Shown piece after piece: positions 5,887-10,676 of a stretch of DNA of 10,676 nucleotides. Positions within the stretch are counted from its first letter, which is position 1. Every line of letters begins with the position of its first letter. Under the pieces are notes generated by a model. It did not search any database and was not told where the DNA came from. It was given only the letters and a program-made list of their open reading frames with translations. Source of the stretch: Myxococcota bacterium. Its GTDB lineage: Bacteria; Myxococcota; JACRCW01. Made by a program: the position numbers and the translations under genes. The stretch spans positions 1 through 10,676 of the forward strand of contig JBFMGU010000327.1 in NCBI GenBank assembly GCA_040752415.1. The letters are read 5' to 3'.

Positions 5887-6432
5887 TCACCCCTTCGGGC
5901 CGGCACGCATTGTCTCCAGCTCCTCGTGGAACTCGGCGTGGCACAGTGCGGCCGCCGTCGCCTCCGCCGTGGCGCGCATGATGAACAGCTCTTTCGGTGT
6001 CACCTTGTGCTTCTCCGCCCAGTATGCGCCGATCGCCCCGATGGGCTTCTCGTCACCAATCGGGACCGTCACCAGCGCATTCACGAAGGTCGGGCGATAC
6101 CATTCCGGGGTGATGCGCTCGTCGTTGTAGACGTCCTCCACAATGGCGGGCTGTCGGTGGAGGATGGCCCAACCGGAGATACACGACGCAGCCTCGTACC
6201 TCTGCCCCTTCCACAGCGGCCCAATGGCTTCCGACTCCGCGTAGTAGACGTGTGCGTCCTCGCTCAGGACCATGGTGACGCCGTCGCAGCCCAGCAGCTG
6301 CTTCAGCTCCACGCACAATGTCCGCGCCAGCGGCCGAACCTGCTGGCACCGGGCGAGATGAACAAACAGCTCAGCCAGGCCAAGGGCCTCCTGCGTGCTG
6401 ATCCCGGTGTCGAGACTCCCCCACGAGTCCAT
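5887..6432 (-). CDS. Stand-alone GAF domain protein
   Basis: LLGCDGVTMVL...AIGPLWKGQRY...CISGWAILHRQPAIVEDVYNDERI...YRPTFVNALVTVPIG...PIGAIGAYWA is a recognisable GAF subfamily signature. ATG 6432 is preferred over the ORF-track start at 6522. Confidence 0.9.
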   Translation of the reverse strand: MDSWGSLDTGISTQEALGLAELFVHLARCQQVRPLARTLCVELKQLLGCDGVTMVLSEDAHVYYAESEAIGPLWKGQRYEAASCISGWAILHRQPAIVEDVYNDERITPEWYRPTFVNALVTVPIGDEKPIGAIGAYWAEKHKVTPKELFIMRATAEATAAALCHAEFHEELETMRAGPKG

Positions 6433-6598
6433 TGTTGTTTTTAGCGCCACTTCGCACACCCTGCATGGAGACCTGACCCGCTGGCTCCCAGGCCATGGAG
6501 CCGGTGACCCATTCACCGTCACAGCGACGCGGAAGTCGTGACGTTGCCATCCACCGGGATGACCGTGCGGCAGGTCACCTTCGGCCGTATATCAATGC

Positions 6599-8485
6599 AT
6601 GCCCTTCCATCGTGGTGTCGTCGGGCACGCGTGCTCTTCGCGCGTGGTGGGCCTGCTGCTTTCGTGGGTGTGCGCGTGTGCGCAGGGCCCGCTGTCCCAT
6701 CAGGCGGAGGCACCGACTGCGCGCCCCGCACCCGTCGAGCTTCCGCGGGTGGACAGCGCGCCCCAACCCCTCCTGCCGCCGCCCGAGGGTGCATCACGCC
6801 CGGTCCTGCCGCGCATCTCGCGCCCCCTCCTCGACGCGCGAATCCTGGTGCTTTCCGCTGACGGAACCGAGCCGGTCCTCTCCGCCATCACGCAACTGCT
6901 GGACGCGCACGGCACGCCCTACACGGTCTGGGTCGCTGCATCTCGTGAGCCGTTGGCGGCCCGCGACCTCTCCTCCGGCACCCGCGGTTTCTACCAGGGC
7001 ATCTTCCTCACCACCGCGGCGCTGGTCACCGGTCAGGACGGCACCGCGCGCAGCGCCCTGACGCCCTCTTCGTGGCAGGCCCTATGGGAGTACGAAGCTG
7101 CCTTTAACGTCCGTGAAGTAGCCTGGTACGCCGCGCCCTCCCCCGGGTTGGCCATGGGGGAAGCCGTCGCGCTCATCGACACCCGCCGCGCGCCGCTCAC
7201 CCTGACACTGACGGACGCGGGAACACGCGTGTTCCCCGACGTCAACGCGCAGGAGCCCGTGGTCGTGGAGTCCGCGTGCGCCTACCTGGCGCGGCCCCAT
7301 GACGCACGCGTGACCCCGCTGCTCGGCGACCCGGACGGCCACGTGCTCGCCGGGGTGACCACCCACGCCAACGGAACCGAGACGCTGTTCCTCACGTTCG
7401 ACGGCAATCCGTCGACGTTGCACACGCTCCAGCTCGGACACGGTCTGCTGCGCTGGGTCACGCGCGGGGTGTTCCTGGGACAGCGCCGCATCTCCCTCAC
7501 CGCGCACGTGGACGGCGTGTTCCTGGCCACGCCCACCGTCGAGGGGCGTCACTACCGTGTCACCGCGGATGACCTGCACGCGCTCCAGCGCTGGCAGGCG
7601 TCGTTGCGCAAGCAGTCTGCCGCTGGCGCGTTCAAGCTCGACCTCGGCGTTCATCCCGGCGGCCTCTCCGTCGTGGACGGTGACCCGCTGTTGACCGCGG
7701 CGCAGCAGCTTGGGCCGCATTTCCGCTGGACCAGCCAACCCTTCGCCAACGCGGAGCCTCTCGAGCGTGCCGCGGCGGGAGAGGAGATGAGACGCACGCT
7801 CCGCGTGGTGGCGCGGGAGCTCCGGCTCAACGAGCCTCAGGTACGCACCGTCCTCTTTCCCGGCCTCCCGGGCGCGGACCTCCTCATCGCCAGCCAGGAC
7901 GTGGGCGTGCGTTACCTCGTCGCGGATGGGGCCGCGGAACCGGGCCCGGAGGATGCGCCCCAGGTCCTCGTGCGCCGGTCGACCAACCTGTTTCCCAATG
8001 TCACCACGCCGCGCCAGTGGACCACGCAATACAACCAGCTCCACCGCACGCACTGGGGCCGCGACCTCACCTACGACGAGATCCTCGACCGCGAGAGCCT
8101 GGTGATCGTGGCCGCCATTCTGCGCGGAGACAGCGCCCCGCTCGCCTTCCACCAGGCCAACCTCCATGCCTACGACGGGAACCGCTCCCTCGTCGTGGAC
8201 CTCCTGGACCGCGTCTTCCAGCGCTGCGCCCGACTGACCACCTTGCCCATCCAGAACCCCACGCCGGAGGAGCTGGGTTGGCGTCAGGAGAAGCGGGCCC
8301 AGCTGGGGCCTGCGGGGGTCCGCGCGGTGGTGCGTCCCGGCGTGTCGTTGACGGTCTCGGCCGAGCGCAACGCCATGGTCCCCGTCACAGGCATCCGCAA
8401 TGAATCCACCGACGACTACGGCGGAGAGCATCTCAGCCTGGTGGCGCTCCCGGGCGGCCGCAGCGTGACGCATCCCATTCCCTGA
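6599..8485 (+). CDS. Agd3-like (CE18) polysaccharide deacetylase homolog, probable lipoprotein, degenerate active site
   Basis: ILVLSADG...LDAHGTPY...YQGIFL...LWEYEAAFNVREV...LLRWVTRGVFLGQRRISLTAHVDGVFL...FRWTSQPFAN...VRRSTNLFPNV...PLAFHQANL are collinear with the motifs I recall for the Agd3 family. The N-terminal VVGLLLSWVCAC is lipobox-like. The start is uncertain. Confidence 0.75.
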   Translation: MPFHRGVVGHACSSRVVGLLLSWVCACAQGPLSHQAEAPTARPAPVELPRVDSAPQPLLPPPEGASRPVLPRISRPLLDARILVLSADGTEPVLSAITQLLDAHGTPYTVWVAASREPLAARDLSSGTRGFYQGIFLTTAALVTGQDGTARSALTPSSWQALWEYEAAFNVREVAWYAAPSPGLAMGEAVALIDTRRAPLTLTLTDAGTRVFPDVNAQEPVVVESACAYLARPHDARVTPLLGDPDGHVLAGVTTHANGTETLFLTFDGNPSTLHTLQLGHGLLRWVTRGVFLGQRRISLTAHVDGVFLATPTVEGRHYRVTADDLHALQRWQASLRKQSAAGAFKLDLGVHPGGLSVVDGDPLLTAAQQLGPHFRWTSQPFANAEPLERAAAGEEMRRTLRVVARELRLNEPQVRTVLFPGLPGADLLIASQDVGVRYLVADGAAEPGPEDAPQVLVRRSTNLFPNVTTPRQWTTQYNQLHRTHWGRDLTYDEILDRESLVIVAAILRGDSAPLAFHQANLHAYDGNRSLVVDLLDRVFQRCARLTTLPIQNPTPEELGWRQEKRAQLGPAGVRAVVRPGVSLTVSAERNAMVPVTGIRNESTDDYGGEHLSLVALPGGRSVTHPIP

Positions 8486-8577
8486 ACTGCGCCGTGGGCG
8501 TGTTCTGACGACGTGGCCCACGGTGGGGCTGCAGTTTTGGCTGCCAGCGGGAGGGTGGGCGGCTAGAGTGGCGTCCC

Positions 8578-9522
8578 ATGCTGCGCGTCCCCTCCACGCC
8601 CGCGGCCACCCAGGCTCCCCAGGAGCGGTGGGTCGACGCGCAGGCCATCCAGGCCCTTTCCGGGCTCCTGATCCGGGCACGCACGGTGGCCGACGGCGTG
8701 CTCGCGGGTCTGCATCGCAGCCAGCGCCACGGTCGCTCCATCGAGTTCGCGGAGCACAAGGTCTACTCCCCCGGCGACGAGACCAAGCACATCGACTGGA
8801 AGGCGTTCGGCAAGTTCGACCGCTACTACGTGAAGCGTTTCATCGAGGAGACGGCCATGCGCGCCTTCATGGTGTGCGACGTGTCCTCGTCGATGACGTA
8901 CGCCGGTGGTGCTCCCGGCAGTCTTCCCGGCGTGATGAAGGCGGATTACGCCAAGACGCTAAGCGCCACGCTCGCCTATCTCCTGCTGCGCCAGACCGAC
9001 GCGGTGGGCTGCATGACCTTCGCGGAGACTTCGGGACCGCGGGTCGCCATTCGCGGCGGGGACCGCCATCTCGTCGAGGTGCTGGAGGCGTTGGAGCAGG
9101 CGCCGGTGGGCGGGCTGACGCGACCCGCGGAGTCGTTGGCCTCGTTGGTGGGCCAGCTCTCCAAGCGCGCCATGGTGGTGGTGTGCACGGACCTCCTCGA
9201 CAGCGGCAAGGACATCCTGGGTCCGCTCAGCGCGTTGCGCACGCGCGGCGCCGACGTGGCCATCCTGCACATCCTCCACCCCGACGAGGTGCGCTTCCCC
9301 TTTGACAGCGTGGTGCGCTTCCTGGACCTCGAGGGAGACCGCACCGCGCAGGTGGACGCACCCGCCATCCGCTCCGCGTATCTCGAGGAGGTCACGACGT
9401 GGCTGCGCGCGCAGGAGGCGGCGGCGCACGAGCGTGGCCTGGACTACCACCTCATCACCACCGACACGCCCCCCGCGCGCGCCCTGCTGGAGTTCCTCGC
9501 GCCACGTCGTCGCGGGGAGTGA
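8578..9522 (+). CDS. DUF58 family protein (vWA-like, usually MoxR-associated)
   Basis: GLHRSQRHGRSIEFAEHKVYSPGDETKHIDWKAFGKFDRYYVKRFIEET, the MIDAS-like CDVSSSM, DAVG, VVCTDLLD and HILHPDEVRFPF are typical DUF58 motifs. Confidence 0.93.
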   Translation: MLRVPSTPAATQAPQERWVDAQAIQALSGLLIRARTVADGVLAGLHRSQRHGRSIEFAEHKVYSPGDETKHIDWKAFGKFDRYYVKRFIEETAMRAFMVCDVSSSMTYAGGAPGSLPGVMKADYAKTLSATLAYLLLRQTDAVGCMTFAETSGPRVAIRGGDRHLVEVLEALEQAPVGGLTRPAESLASLVGQLSKRAMVVVCTDLLDSGKDILGPLSALRTRGADVAILHILHPDEVRFPFDSVVRFLDLEGDRTAQVDAPAIRSAYLEEVTTWLRAQEAAAHERGLDYHLITTDTPPARALLEFLAPRRRGE

Positions 9523-9539
9523 ATCGCGGAAGGAACCTC

Positions 9540-10490
9540 TCAGGGACCGCCCATGGGCTCCCCGGAGCGGAACCGCTCGCGCAACGCGGCACGCAACGCG
9601 GCCAGCTCCGTCTCATCCAGCTCACCGTTTCCGTCGGCGTCGTAGGTGGCCAGGTCCTGCTGCCGACGCGCATCCAGGATCGGCTGCATCTCGTCGGGGG
9701 AGACGCACCCGCTGTCGTCGGTGTCGGCGGTCTGCACCAGGTTGAGCGCACGCTCCAGCATCTCGCGCTGCACCGTCAGTCGCGCCACGCCCTTCTCATG
9801 ACCGCCCAGCGTCCCGTCGGCGTTGGCATCAAACCGCTCCACCAGGCGCGCGGCGTGGGCTTCACAGCGTGCCGTGACGTCGGCGCGGAAGGTCTCGCGC
9901 TCGGTGGCATCCAGGTCACCGGAGCGGTCCACGTCGTAGAGGAACAGGAGGTGCGGGGGCAGGCGCGGGCGGGGCGGGCGCCCTTCGGAATCTCCCGCGG
10001 GCGGCGGCGCATCCTGGCCTGGCTCACCCTGCGGCGGCGGGAGGCACATGCCCGGCGGCGGTGGACCGCGGTGGTGTCGACGAGCCCCACGCTCCGGCTG
10101 CGACCCGGCCTCGCCCGCGTCGGGCGGGGGCGGCAGCTCGTCGGGGGACAGCTCCCCGTCGGCGTTGGCGTCAAAGCGCTGCAGCATCTCCTGCTCGTGC
10201 TGGAGCATGGCGCACTCGGGCGGGACCAGCGGGTCGTGGGGCGGACCCATGCGGTGGTGTTCTCCGGGGACCGGGGCGCCTTCCCGCGGCGCTTCGCCGG
10301 GCGGCGGACCTTCATGGGGCCCGCGCGGGCCGCGCTGAGGGGCCCCGCCACTGCTGGAGCTTCCGCCGGCCAGGGCCGCAACCTCCTCGGAGGTCTGCTG
10401 GGCCACGTCTTCCGTGACGGGGACCTGCGTGCAGGCAAAGGAGAGCATGGTGAGGCTTCCCAGGCTCCACAGGACGGTGTTGATGCGCAT
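9540..10490 (-). CDS. EF-hand calcium-binding lipoprotein with Pro/Gly-rich linkers
   Basis: RBS GAGGGAGGA precedes ATG 10490. The signal MRINTVLWSLGSLTMLSFAC ends in a lipobox Cys. There are five EF-hand loops: DANADGELSPDE, DVDRSGDLDATE, DANADGTLGGHE, DTDDSGCVSPDE and DADGNGELDETE. Confidence 0.88.
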   Translation of the reverse strand: MRINTVLWSLGSLTMLSFACTQVPVTEDVAQQTSEEVAALAGGSSSSGGAPQRGPRGPHEGPPPGEAPREGAPVPGEHHRMGPPHDPLVPPECAMLQHEQEMLQRFDANADGELSPDELPPPPDAGEAGSQPERGARRHHRGPPPPGMCLPPPQGEPGQDAPPPAGDSEGRPPRPRLPPHLLFLYDVDRSGDLDATERETFRADVTARCEAHAARLVERFDANADGTLGGHEKGVARLTVQREMLERALNLVQTADTDDSGCVSPDEMQPILDARRQQDLATYDADGNGELDETELAALRAALRERFRSGEPMGGP

Positions 10491-10676
10491 GGCGTCGGTC
10501 CTCCCTCGTCCCGCCGGGACGGGTGATGGGGCCACGGCGGGCCCGCTGGCGTTGTCTGGCCTGCTGTCGTGTGGGACACGGGGGACCTTCCGACTTTTTC
10601 TCCGCCGGGAACCCGGATCCGGATCCGCGAGAGAAATCGGGAAGATGTGGACCGCCCCCGGCGACTACCGGGGAGC

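Overview
A GC-rich bacterial window. The Cys-rich ETDxDCGG repeats, sigma54 signalling and EF-hand lipoprotein suggest Myxococcota or a related deltaproteobacterium (inference). The core is a membrane histidine kinase plus an NtrC-family sigma54 activator (1864-5314). To its left are the 5' end of a secreted Ala/Pro-rich protein, a Cys-rich repeat protein and an orphan GspC/PilP-like protein. To its right are a pseudo-receiver protein, a stand-alone GAF protein, an Agd3/CE18-like deacetylase homolog that appears to lack its metal ligands, an orphan DUF58 protein and a five-EF-hand lipoprotein. The most unusual feature is non-coding. The divergent intergenic region 146-845 holds a ~300 bp degenerate palindrome (483-782) centred on CCGG at 631-634, built from two inverted copies of a block-conserved ~120-nt unit that can each fold as a four-way junction. 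A GCA-N3-TGC motif recurs in three intergenic regions, three times as pairs 21-22 bp apart, and sigma54-like -24/-12 elements lie near several copies. This suggests a local regulon of the encoded activator. All family assignments come from motif recognition, not database searches.
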